In this document: positions 45,239 through 54,910 of the stretch, in pieces
How positions within the stretch are numbered: the first letter of the stretch is position 1
How the letters are laid out: each line of letters opens with the position of its first letter
Source of the DNA: an uncultured Candidatus Saccharibacteria bacterium
GTDB taxonomy: Bacteria > Patescibacteriota > Minisyncoccia > Spechtbacterales > HO2-43-30
Assembly (NCBI GenBank): GCA_964374025.1
Contig: CAYJWU010000001.1
Span: 1 to 63,450 of the forward strand
Direction: 5' to 3'
DNA: 63,450 nucleotides
The notes under the pieces: generated by a model
What the model saw: only the letters and a program-made list of their open reading frames with translations
The model's database searches: none
Told to the model about the DNA's origin: nothing
Translations under genes and position numbers: made by a program

Positions 45239-46832
45239 TACGTCTCCGAGTCAAGCTAATGCTTACGCCATTGAGGATTATACTGACTTCGGATCTGTCC
45301 AAAGGGCGGCGGAAATCAACAGAGATCTCTTCCTCGATGAATGGAATAAAGGGTATATAAAGGGCCTTACATATCAAGGATACGAATTAAGTTGGGCGGT
45401 TTATGATACCTTATATCATCGATTTTCTTTTCCGGTAACTCAAATAGAAAAATTATGGGAGGAAGTTAAAAATTATGAAAAAATTGTTTTGCATAATATC
45501 TATGATCCGTACGATTTTGTTTTAAAGCATCTTTGTTTTAACAAAAAATTAGAAATTAAAAACAGAAGTAAAATCTTTGAAAAAATAAAGGCAAAGAAGT
45601 TGTTTTTGATTTTTACCGCTTTTATAATTGCTATTATAGGCATCGCGTACTTCACCGTCTCAAAACGAAAAATCGCGGTATGGTCTAGCGATATGATATA
45701 CCCCGGAACTGATTCGGATTTTCGCGTAAACAAACTTTACGAGAATTTACGCGTAAATAATTTAAGGTTTCTGGAATTTGTCCGGCTCAATGACATATCA
45801 AGTCTATTTAAAAACTTTTTCATAAGAAAAAGGCTTGTAATTTACTACCAGCCCATTATTTACCTATTTTCTCCATTCATTATCCCGCGGAAACTCGCTC
45901 CAAAATCCATCTATAACTCGGCCTTACTATCATGCGATCGCGATATTCGGCTTGCCGCGAAAGTCATTCCAATCTTCCGGGCTATTTATAAACTTTTCGG
46001 CATAAGGTCTCTATGGACGCTATATTTCACGTCGCGAAATGTTTCCCTTGTAATTGCGGCGAAATGCTCCGGGATAAAAACAGTTGGGATGAAGCATGGG
46101 GCCGGCACAAAATCGTATGATATTTTTGAATTCATTCCCGCGTATTCTTCGGAAAAAAAACTTGGGCCGGATGTTTTTGGGGTGTGGAGCGCTTGGTGGC
46201 AGGATTATTTCCGGAAATACAGCAAAATTTTTGCCGAGGACTCTGTAAGGTACGCTGGACTTCTTAGGCCATATACCTTGCGGCAAATTTCAGAATCTAG
46301 TCCCGCAGTTGCGGGACAAAAAGCGCAAAACAACAAAATTAAAATCATGCTGCTCTCCGAACCCCTGACCGACCCAAAAGAAATCGCGCCCTACTTAAAA
46401 GTTTTACTGCGCGATCAACGCTTTTCCGTGGCTATCAAAATAAGGCCAATGATTAAGGATTTATTTTATGAAGAACTGCTGAAATTAATGCCGGAGGTGA
46501 AGTTTTTGCCTAAATACAGCGGAAACATTTTTGAGGACGGGAAAAAAGCCGATGTATTTTTAGGATCCCATACTACAGCCCTGCTTGAGGCCTCGCTTAT
46601 AAACCGACTTTCGATATTTGTGAAAACACAAAAGTGGGGTGACTATTTCGATTTGAGCGATATAGTTCCCGAACTCAACATCCTCGTTGAAGATCCTAAA
46701 GAGCTGCCGCAAAATATTATTTTGAGAATAAACCAAGAGCCCAAATTGAAAACCATTGAAAAAATCAAAACACGCTACTTTGGAGAAAATAAAGACGGCG
46801 CAAAGTGGGCCGTAAGCGAACTCAATATATAA
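45201..46832 (+). CDS. uncharacterised membrane-anchored GT-B-like transferase, same architecture as 42957-44396
   Basis: One TM (LFLIFTAFIIAIIGIAYFTV), GMKHGAG, DVFLGSHTTALLEASLINRLSIFV. Confidence 0.4.
   Translation: MQKTCHIYQKRADTSPSQANAYAIEDYTDFGSVQRAAEINRDLFLDEWNKGYIKGLTYQGYELSWAVYDTLYHRFSFPVTQIEKLWEEVKNYEKIVLHNIYDPYDFVLKHLCFNKKLEIKNRSKIFEKIKAKKLFLIFTAFIIAIIGIAYFTVSKRKIAVWSSDMIYPGTDSDFRVNKLYENLRVNNLRFLEFVRLNDISSLFKNFFIRKRLVIYYQPIIYLFSPFIIPRKLAPKSIYNSALLSCDRDIRLAAKVIPIFRAIYKLFGIRSLWTLYFTSRNVSLVIAAKCSGIKTVGMKHGAGTKSYDIFEFIPAYSSEKKLGPDVFGVWSAWWQDYFRKYSKIFAEDSVRYAGLLRPYTLRQISESSPAVAGQKAQNNKIKIMLLSEPLTDPKEIAPYLKVLLRDQRFSVAIKIRPMIKDLFYEELLKLMPEVKFLPKYSGNIFEDGKKADVFLGSHTTALLEASLINRLSIFVKTQKWGDYFDLSDIVPELNILVEDPKELPQNIILRINQEPKLKTIEKIKTRYFGENKDGAKWAVSELNI
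46300..46317. repeat. hairpin GTCCCGC-AGTT-GCGGGAC inside the 45201-46832 ORF
   Basis: Read directly. Encodes SPAVAGQ. Same 7-bp stem as 12689-12705. Confidence 0.75.
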
Positions 46833-46834
46833 AC

Positions 46835-47491
46835 TTACTTCACCTTTTTCACTTGAACAAAATTTATTTTTAGTGTCCCCCACTCTTTTTTGAATTTATC
46901 CTGAATTGGCAGTATTTTGACTTCAAATTTTGTCCGGTCTAACGCGTCAATAAGGCTCTGACATCCGGCATCTTTCCTCTTGCCCCATTCTCCGCTCCAA
47001 TAATCGTCAAAAATAACTACGGTGTTATTATCCATAACTTTTTGGCTATAATACCAATCATTCGTAATCGTCTCAATGCTGTGCCCGCCATCTATAAATA
47101 CCAAATCCATCTTTGGCAGCGAGGGGACTACTTTTGGCAAAGTTTCCTCCGTGAAACCTTTAAATAGCTGAATCTTAGCGCCGCTCGCCTCAAGTCGAGC
47201 CCGGACTTGTTCCATGGTCGGCGGTCTTTTTGAAACCTCTTTTGTAAAAACTTCTTCGTTCATAATCTCAAAAATATCAAAGCCGTAATATTCTACTTCA
47301 TCCGGACCGTTAAACTCCTGCGCGGCTTCAATCATCTCACGGGATCGCCCGCCATTCCAAGTTCCTATCTCCATAATTCTTTTACATCTATTTTTCTTGA
47401 TAATTTCAAACAAATAATTATAGCGCCGAGCCATTTCCGCGCCCCGCAGACGATGGCAAATTTTTTTAAGAATGCGAGATAATTGCCGCAT
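46835..47491 (-). CDS. class I SAM-dependent methyltransferase (Methyltransf_24 / O-methyltransferase-like)
   Basis: IMEIGTWNGGRS and VFIDGGHS. Confidence 0.6.
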   Translation of the reverse strand: MRQLSRILKKICHRLRGAEMARRYNYLFEIIKKNRCKRIMEIGTWNGGRSREMIEAAQEFNGPDEVEYYGFDIFEIMNEEVFTKEVSKRPPTMEQVRARLEASGAKIQLFKGFTEETLPKVVPSLPKMDLVFIDGGHSIETITNDWYYSQKVMDNNTVVIFDDYWSGEWGKRKDAGCQSLIDALDRTKFEVKILPIQDKFKKEWGTLKINFVQVKKVK

Positions 47492-47503
47492 AATTTTATT
47501 GCT

Positions 47504-48541
47504 TTAGTTCATCAAACTTTTATACGCCGCGATATACTGCGCGACAGTTTTCTCCAGGGGATGCGCCCGGGCCCATTCGTGACTATTTTCGCTCATAGCC
47601 TGCCGCCTTTTATTGCTGCTTAAAATCGTACTTATCGCGCCGGCTGTGGCCTCAATATCATTTTGCCTCACAAGAATTCCGTTGTAATCGTTTTTGACTG
47701 CGTCTTCAATGCCATTGCCTAAAGTCCCAACAACGGGCAAACCCGCTGCTGCTGCCTCTAAAAATACCAAACCGAAACCCTCAAAGTTATGATCAATATT
47801 CAAGGAGGTCAGCACGAATAGTTGAGATTTTTGATACAAGCCGCGCAATTCTACCTCGGAAACCTCGTTTAAAAACTCTACACTTTCGGAAACGCCATAT
47901 TTTGCCGCAAGCCCTTTTAGCTCATTAAAATAAGCAGTGTCACTATGACTGCCAACTATTTTGTACTTCAGGGTTGGGAAATTTTTCCCGGCTAAAGCAA
48001 AGGCCGGGATAGATATATGATAACCCTTGCGACGCTTAATCGCACCGACGCTTAAAATGAAATTTTCATCGCCGGGCAAATGCTCCGTGTAAAATAGCGC
48101 AAGATTCACGCCATGATTAATAACCTCAATGTTTCTTAACTTTACTTTTTTGAGCAGTTCCTCTTTTGTGAAATTACTTATAGCGATTACCGCATTCGCC
48201 GACTTACACGCAAGCTTAGACAAAAAGGCAGTTTTCCATCCATACAAAGGTTCTATCGCATAGGTACCCTGGGCAGTTACAACTATTTTTTTTGACAAAA
48301 ATATCCTTGCAAAATACGCGATAACGCCGTATGGATAAACATCAAGCGCGTGGATTATATCAAAGTCCCCTATATGCTTACGCGCGTAAACTACGGCCCT
48401 TAAAAAACCCCTCGCGCCCCCCTCTACGGCAAGGACTGTTGTTGCGCAGCCGTTTGCTTTTACGCCGCAAACTAGATCGGCAGCGTACCTGCCCCATCCA
48501 GATTTTGGATTCATGTCGGGAGTTAAATATAAAATTTTCAT
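47504..48541 (-). CDS. GT4 (GT-B) glycosyltransferase
   Basis: C-terminal EGFGLVFLEAAAAGLPVVGT motif. Confidence 0.85.
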   Translation of the reverse strand: MKILYLTPDMNPKSGWGRYAADLVCGVKANGCATTVLAVEGGARGFLRAVVYARKHIGDFDIIHALDVYPYGVIAYFARIFLSKKIVVTAQGTYAIEPLYGWKTAFLSKLACKSANAVIAISNFTKEELLKKVKLRNIEVINHGVNLALFYTEHLPGDENFILSVGAIKRRKGYHISIPAFALAGKNFPTLKYKIVGSHSDTAYFNELKGLAAKYGVSESVEFLNEVSEVELRGLYQKSQLFVLTSLNIDHNFEGFGLVFLEAAAAGLPVVGTLGNGIEDAVKNDYNGILVRQNDIEATAGAISTILSSNKRRQAMSENSHEWARAHPLEKTVAQYIAAYKSLMN

Positions 48542-50268
48542 ATGCTATTTTCTACTTTATACACAGCGAACTCGTTGGCCGCTTCATATATTTTTTTCAA
48601 CACCGGAATATCTTCGTACATAAAAGTTATTTCCTTTTTTTTGTCCCATACCACTAGGTCAACATCCAAGTCCTTGAATATTTCACCGTATGACAATTCG
48701 TAAAAATCTTTATATTTTGCCGCGATCGCGATAAGCGCCTCATCTGGAATACGATCGTCATCGCCGTATTTCTCCCGATAATAAATTCCAAATGCCTCGC
48801 TCGCGACCATGCTTCTTTCTTTTTGCATTATTGACTGTATGTCTTTGGGATATATGTTGCGCAATTTATATTCTAAAAACAATTTTTTAATAAAGTATTC
48901 TCTTCCAGCGAGATAAAACTGGGCATGGTGAACATTTAAAGAGTCGTGCTTTGTGTATACGGGCAATAACGCCGCGAGTGTCCCCGTGGCCCATATATTC
49001 TGCGCTGATGCGTAATTACTCTCAAGATAGGACATTATGCCGGAATACCTCTGGCTCTCGAGCGCCCCGGGATAGCGATAGTTATAGGAATTAATCTGAA
49101 CGAGCGCCGCATTATAAAAAAGAATGACAACGGCGGCTGTAAGTACAATAGTCGTCAATCTTTTCTTCATAAACCTTTCCAGGATATAGACAAATAGCAT
49201 GGCCATAAGAATACTGACGAGGGGCTTTGTTATATACCAGTGGTAATGACCCGCCTGCAGTGTTTGCCCCGTAATAATTTGCTGGTTTATCAAAATCCAC
49301 AAGGCGATGATTGAAAATAGAAAAAATATTTTGGACCTCTCGTGCTTGCGCGGCCAAAAAAATAAAAGGATCATCAAGGAGGCCGCGAGCCAGGTTCCAA
49401 AAATAAACGAATGACTGTCAATAATCCCGTATCTTGCGGCGGTGTCAATATAATCTTCGTGAAACTTAAGTTTTAAAAAGTTAATCCAATACGGTATTGT
49501 TACTAATATATGAAGAGTGCACGCATAACAAAGCGCCTTAATATTCGCTTTATGCTTCTTGTACGCATAATAAAAAAAATATAAAGCCGTAAGAACCACA
49601 AGGAAAGACCAGGTATATATGTATAGATAGATAGATAGGCCGGATAGCGCTCCATATAATAAAATAACTCCCTTGTTCGTTTTTACGTTGTAATTTGTCA
49701 CCCTGAATAATATATACAGGCACGCAAACAGAAATAAAGAACTCACTTGGGGATTGATGGGTCGTGTATAAATCAAAAAGTCGTCGGTATAGCTCGTTGC
49801 GGAGAGTAACGCTATAATTGACCCGGCTCCGCTCGTCAGATTGAATCCCAAAAGCACAGCGCATGATGCAAGTAGCGAGATTTTTTTACACAAAAATAAT
49901 TTATACGCAAAAAAATATATGAGCAAAAAAATCAGAAACGGGAAAACGAACTTTGAAAGTACATTAACCGAAGCCGCGTCCATAAATAAAATCTTTCCCA
50001 ATCCCGCGACAATTATTTCTCCCAGCGGCGGCTGGAAATAGGGCATATCTTTATCGGGCGAAAATACGTTTCCTAGCGCCGGGTGACCATCATACACTTC
50101 GCGGATCCGAGTGAGATAATGATGCTCCGCGTCAGCTCCAAACATATGAATTCCGGAAAAGTCTTGTGCAGAAAACATAAAAACTAATTGGGGCAAAATC
50201 GAAATAGTCCCTATTCCAAACGCCACGATAAATGCTACAAAATGATTTTTAAAAAAATTCTTTATCAT
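48538..50268 (-). CDS. polytopic membrane protein, paralogue of 14455-16182
   Basis: 576 aa. Shares the N-terminal pattern and overall topology with the 575-aa protein. Confidence 0.6.
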   Translation of the reverse strand: MIKNFFKNHFVAFIVAFGIGTISILPQLVFMFSAQDFSGIHMFGADAEHHYLTRIREVYDGHPALGNVFSPDKDMPYFQPPLGEIIVAGLGKILFMDAASVNVLSKFVFPFLIFLLIYFFAYKLFLCKKISLLASCAVLLGFNLTSGAGSIIALLSATSYTDDFLIYTRPINPQVSSLFLFACLYILFRVTNYNVKTNKGVILLYGALSGLSIYLYIYTWSFLVVLTALYFFYYAYKKHKANIKALCYACTLHILVTIPYWINFLKLKFHEDYIDTAARYGIIDSHSFIFGTWLAASLMILLFFWPRKHERSKIFFLFSIIALWILINQQIITGQTLQAGHYHWYITKPLVSILMAMLFVYILERFMKKRLTTIVLTAAVVILFYNAALVQINSYNYRYPGALESQRYSGIMSYLESNYASAQNIWATGTLAALLPVYTKHDSLNVHHAQFYLAGREYFIKKLFLEYKLRNIYPKDIQSIMQKERSMVASEAFGIYYREKYGDDDRIPDEALIAIAAKYKDFYELSYGEIFKDLDVDLVVWDKKKEITFMYEDIPVLKKIYEAANEFAVYKVENSI

Positions 50269-50273
50269 TGAAT

Positions 50274-50873
50274 TTACTTTAACAAAAAAACAAAATATCC
50301 CGACACTTGTTTCCCTGACTGAAATTTTACGGTCATATTATCAAGAAGTCGGGCAAGATATGCAACGAACTTCGTAATAAAGATTTTTTGAAGGGGCAGC
50401 ATGTTTGCTATTGTTTCAAATTGTCCTTTAATGGTGCATATTTCTATGCTTTTGAATTTGTTAAATAATTCCCTGACCCCGTCAACACTAAACCTCCAAT
50501 AATCGCACATCCCTTCTTCCGAACGGCCGTGATAGGGATAAAGAAAGGGTACATATAACAAACACATACCGCCCGGCTTTAACACGCGGAAAATCTCATC
50601 GGAAGCCAAAAACGGATTGCGGACAAACTGTAAGACCGACTTACAAATTATCGCATCCGCGCTTTGATCGCCTAAGGGGAGATTATTGATATCAGCTACT
50701 ATGTCAGGATTACATTTTTCCGAGATATCTATTGTGCGGTAGTCGCAATTAGAGAAATAGTGCTTATACCTTAAAAGTCCTTGGAATCTGTACCCGCTGC
50801 CAATATCAAAAATAACTTTCCCTTTGGCGATTTCTTTTATTTTTGCCTCAAAAAAGTTTTCGCTCTGACTCAT
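50274..50873 (-). CDS. class I SAM-dependent methyltransferase (Methyltransf_11-like)
   Basis: VIFDIGSGY; VLKPGGMCLL. Confidence 0.7.
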   Translation of the reverse strand: MSQSENFFEAKIKEIAKGKVIFDIGSGYRFQGLLRYKHYFSNCDYRTIDISEKCNPDIVADINNLPLGDQSADAIICKSVLQFVRNPFLASDEIFRVLKPGGMCLLYVPFLYPYHGRSEEGMCDYWRFSVDGVRELFNKFKSIEICTIKGQFETIANMLPLQKIFITKFVAYLARLLDNMTVKFQSGKQVSGYFVFLLK

Positions 50874-50876
50874 AAT

Positions 50877-51971
50877 CTAGTTATCTTTTATAAACTTCAG
50901 GATTTGCCGCGCTCTATGATCCCAGCTATATGCCGCAACCTCCTGCCGCGCGCGAGCCGCGATCATTTTAGCCTTCTCTTTATTATCAAATATGTATTTT
51001 ATGGCTTCAGCCAATGCTTTGGGATTATCAGGTTCAACTAAAATAGAATTGTTCTCGTTCAAAATCTCGCGGATTGAAGGCAAGTCCGAAGCTACAATAG
51101 GCCGGCCAGAGGCCATATACTCAAAAAGTTTCAATGGCGAAGTCCAGAATTTCGAAATATCATACTTTGCCGAGTTTGGCAAAATAAGAACATCAGCGGC
51201 CCCTAACCAACAAGGGATATCTTTGTGTTGCCGGTGTTCTTGAAACTTCACATTCGACAAATCTTTTCCCGCACCTCCCACGATATATACAATTATGTCT
51301 CCCGGTAAATATTGGGCGGCCTTAACCAACGTATTTACGCCTTTCCATGGATACAAACGTCCGGTATATAAAATTATTTTTTTATCTTGCGGCAAAGCAA
51401 ATTTTTTACGACATTCTTCTTTGGTTTCCAAAATAGCAAATTCAGAAACATCTACTCCGTCGGGTGCTACCAGTATCTTAACCTCGCTTATTCCGCGCCT
51501 CGCGAAAACCTCTTTGAGATGCCTGGTAATAGTTATAATACCCCTCGCTCTCCCGATAAAAAATAATCCTGCCTGAACTTTTGTGTGCGCCTCGTAAAAA
51601 ATACTCTTCCGGAAAAAAACAAAGGCAAAAGCTACGAATTTATCCCGCGTATATATTATATTGCCACTTCGCGCCAGTAAATAAAAGCTTACAAAAAACA
51701 AAAACGATAATTCGGTCAACCAAAAGGCCACAGGTCCCAGAAACTTATCCAGTATAATAAAATCAATGCAGGGGACTTTTTTTATTGTAAAATTTCTCTT
51801 CACGCCATAATACTCAAAGGAATCTTGCCGGATCGGATTTATGCGCCTTGGAACCCACAACTCCACCTCGACTTTGTCGGTTCTCGCAAAGGCCTCGCAC
51901 ATCTTCATTATTTGGAGTCCGTGCGCCTTTTCGGTTGGAATCCTTGAACAATTTATATAAATTATTTTCAT
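50877..51971 (-). CDS. GT4 (GT-B) glycosyltransferase
   Basis: LFEYMASGRPIVASD motif. ATG at 51971 is preferred over the TTG at 51980. Confidence 0.8.
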   Translation of the reverse strand: MKIIYINCSRIPTEKAHGLQIMKMCEAFARTDKVEVELWVPRRINPIRQDSFEYYGVKRNFTIKKVPCIDFIILDKFLGPVAFWLTELSFLFFVSFYLLARSGNIIYTRDKFVAFAFVFFRKSIFYEAHTKVQAGLFFIGRARGIITITRHLKEVFARRGISEVKILVAPDGVDVSEFAILETKEECRKKFALPQDKKIILYTGRLYPWKGVNTLVKAAQYLPGDIIVYIVGGAGKDLSNVKFQEHRQHKDIPCWLGAADVLILPNSAKYDISKFWTSPLKLFEYMASGRPIVASDLPSIREILNENNSILVEPDNPKALAEAIKYIFDNKEKAKMIAARARQEVAAYSWDHRARQILKFIKDN

Positions 51972-51972
51972 G

Positions 51973-53832
51973 TCAGCCAAAAAACTTTTTATGCCATACT
52001 TGAAATGTTAAAAGCGACCAAAGCGTATCTAAATTATATTGCTTCTTCGCTATATGGCGATCAAGCATTTCGCGTATTGCCGTAAAATTCAAATATTGCG
52101 ATGTTTCACTGCAATACGAAGAAGAGAGGACTTCGTAGGCAAAATCTTTCATCCCCTCTCGAAGCCATATTGAAGCCGGAGAGAACCAACCCTTTTTGTC
52201 CTTATTTATGATATGCGGGGGTAAATATTTTGCCATGGCCTTTCGGAAAATCTGCTTATTTTTACTGCCCCCTCCCACCTTATATTTTGTAGGTATAGTA
52301 AAAGCAAGCTCTACTAATCTATGGTCAAGAATTGGCACCCTCTCCTCCAATCCATGCGCCATCGTCATTTTGTCAGAACGCATCAATGATTCGTCCGGAA
52401 GCCAACGCGCGAGATCAAGATACATCAAATATTTTCCGAAATCCTTAAATCTATTTCCGGGAAAATAACTTTCGAGATGTATATTAAAGCGATCCGGATC
52501 AAAAACACGCGGATTTAATACCTTGCTTAGAGTGTCGCTCTTTTCGCTCATAAAAAGCAGGTATCGCTCAAAGGTCTTTGGGACGTTGAGTTTATAATTC
52601 AAATCCTCTTTATTAAAAATATTTTCGAGAACCGCGGGCAAAAAATCCTTACGCAAGAAAGCCGGAAGAATCTGGTAAAAATCCAATAATTTACTGTAAT
52701 AATATCGCGGGTATCCGCCAAAAAGCTCGTCGCCTCCGTCACCCCCCAGAGCCACAACCACCTCTTTTCTCGCCTCCTTGGCCAAAAGGAATGTTGCAAT
52801 TTGAACGGGATTGGCCACCGGCTCATCCATATGGTACACAGTTTGCTCAAAGACATCTCTCGCCTCCTTGTCGCTCATAAATAATTCATGGTGATCGGTG
52901 TTGTAAAATTTGCCGGTTGCTCTCGCTAAATAAAAATCGCGGTTAAATTTATTTTCGAAAACCTCGCTTTTTCTTGATGAAGCAAAACCAACTGAAAATG
53001 TTTTGATTTTTGATGTCAGGATCTCGCTTGCCGCGCCCAAAACCGCGGTGGAGTCTATCCCTCCGGATAAAAAAATACCGACCGGCCTTTCCCCGACAAG
53101 CTGTCGTTTCACTGAATCAGAAAACAGTTCCCGGATTCCATTGACTAGATCCCGTTCGTTATTTACGCTATCGCCTCCTTCTATATCCCAATATCTTTTT
53201 ATTTCCAGGGAATTATTTTTATAAGTAAGAAAATGGCCCGGCTGAAGCTTGAATATATTCTTAAAAAGAGTTAACGGGCCCGGCACATAAAACATCTTAA
53301 AATACAGCGGGAAAGCGCTTTCTTCTATTGTTTTTTTAATTGGATGGCAAAGAATGGCTTTTATTTCAGAAGAAAAGATAAGTTTTTTACCGTCAAAATA
53401 ATAATACAGCGGCTTTACCCCAACCCTGTCGCGCGCAAGATACAGCATATTTTGATTTAAGTCCCAAAGGGCAAACGCGAATATGCCGTTCAAAAAGTCA
53501 ACGCATCTTTCGCGATGTTCTTCATACAAATGAACTATCACCTCCGTGTCTGTATCGGAATAAAAGGCGTGACCCTTCTTTTCTAAAACTCCGCGCAATT
53601 CTTTAAAATTATAAATTTCTCCGTTTAAAATAACGCAAATAGTTTTGTCTTCATTCCAAATCGGCTGACGGCCTCTTTCCGTAAGATCAATAATTGAAAG
53701 CCGGGCGCTGCCAAGAGATATTTCTTTATCGCAAAAACTGCCGTCTTGATCCGGCCCGCGATGCTTTGTCGCGCCAATCATATCTTGGATTAAATTCTCG
53801 TCTTTAAAATTAAACCCGTTTATCCCGCACAT
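51973..53832 (-). CDS. asparagine synthase (glutamine-hydrolysing)-family amidotransferase, copy 2
   Basis: MCG nucleophile, NGEIYNF, SGGIDST PP-loop. Confidence 0.9.
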   Translation of the reverse strand: MCGINGFNFKDENLIQDMIGATKHRGPDQDGSFCDKEISLGSARLSIIDLTERGRQPIWNEDKTICVILNGEIYNFKELRGVLEKKGHAFYSDTDTEVIVHLYEEHRERCVDFLNGIFAFALWDLNQNMLYLARDRVGVKPLYYYFDGKKLIFSSEIKAILCHPIKKTIEESAFPLYFKMFYVPGPLTLFKNIFKLQPGHFLTYKNNSLEIKRYWDIEGGDSVNNERDLVNGIRELFSDSVKRQLVGERPVGIFLSGGIDSTAVLGAASEILTSKIKTFSVGFASSRKSEVFENKFNRDFYLARATGKFYNTDHHELFMSDKEARDVFEQTVYHMDEPVANPVQIATFLLAKEARKEVVVALGGDGGDELFGGYPRYYYSKLLDFYQILPAFLRKDFLPAVLENIFNKEDLNYKLNVPKTFERYLLFMSEKSDTLSKVLNPRVFDPDRFNIHLESYFPGNRFKDFGKYLMYLDLARWLPDESLMRSDKMTMAHGLEERVPILDHRLVELAFTIPTKYKVGGGSKNKQIFRKAMAKYLPPHIINKDKKGWFSPASIWLREGMKDFAYEVLSSSYCSETSQYLNFTAIREMLDRHIAKKQYNLDTLWSLLTFQVWHKKFFG

Positions 53833-53844
53833 AAATAATATAAA

Positions 53845-54906
53845 TCAGCTTTTGAAATACATAACAAAGTTTTCTATTAAATGATCGAGGTTATGATGTT
53901 TAGTAACGATCTTACGTAACTTCTGCGCAAGTACAGTTCGTTCTTCTTTTGGCAAAGCTAACAATTTTTTAATTTTATAAGCGCAACTTTTGTAATCACC
54001 TTCTTTAAATAACAAGCTTGGCCCGAACTTACGCAGCATAGGATAAAAAGCTTCATTGGATACAAGCACCAACGCGCCGCATGCCATGGCCTCAAGCACG
54101 GCCTTATCAATACTGCCAGTGCGACTCGAGTTAAGAAAAAGATCGGTGTCTCGGTAGTATCTTATGGTTTCGGAATGTTGTTTCGGACCCGCAAAAGAAA
54201 TAAATCTCTCCAGCCCCTTTTGTTTTACCAACTCTGCGAGCTTACCAAGATAATGCGGATGCTCCTTTGAAGATTTTGATCCCAAAATTATCATCTCTAT
54301 ATTTTCCGCGCCTTCCTCATTTATGAGAATATCCATGGCATCTATTTGCGTTTCAAGATTCTTTGATGGTTCGATTCTGCCAACAGTTAAAATTTTGTAG
54401 CGGCTATTTTGACCTTTGGAATCCGCGGAGGGATAAAAAATATTTACATCAATGCCATGTCCGCAAATCTCTACTTTTCTGCTTTTTGTCCTGAAACTTT
54501 CTTTGCTTGCCGTGTATACCCTGTCAACAAACTTTTCCGCAAGCCAAACTTTCCAATTTTTAGATTTATGCGTATACCACATCACCATCCTCTTGCCAAA
54601 AATTTTTACAAGAGGTGCGCTTGCGATTGCGTATATCGGGCACATGTGCACAAATACTCCATCGACATCTTTTAAATTCCTTAACAGGTACTTTTGCAAT
54701 CTAAAAAACTGACCGATTCTTGATGTGTTCCTCTCCTTGCCTATAGAGTAGACCTCAACATTATGCGGCAAATCAAATTCTCCCCTTGAAAGACACGCCA
54801 CATATAGTTTATCGGTCTTTTGCGCAAATTTTTCGATCCAGCGGTGGAAAAAACCGAGATTATCATCGCTTGTATCAACTTTTTGTGTAATAATGAGCAA
54901 TTTCAT
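53845..54906 (-). CDS. GT4 (GT-B) glycosyltransferase
   Basis: GSIDKAVLEAMACGALVLVSN motif. Confidence 0.8.
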   Translation of the reverse strand: MKLLIITQKVDTSDDNLGFFHRWIEKFAQKTDKLYVACLSRGEFDLPHNVEVYSIGKERNTSRIGQFFRLQKYLLRNLKDVDGVFVHMCPIYAIASAPLVKIFGKRMVMWYTHKSKNWKVWLAEKFVDRVYTASKESFRTKSRKVEICGHGIDVNIFYPSADSKGQNSRYKILTVGRIEPSKNLETQIDAMDILINEEGAENIEMIILGSKSSKEHPHYLGKLAELVKQKGLERFISFAGPKQHSETIRYYRDTDLFLNSSRTGSIDKAVLEAMACGALVLVSNEAFYPMLRKFGPSLLFKEGDYKSCAYKIKKLLALPKEERTVLAQKLRKIVTKHHNLDHLIENFVMYFKS

Positions 54907-54910
54907 TTTT

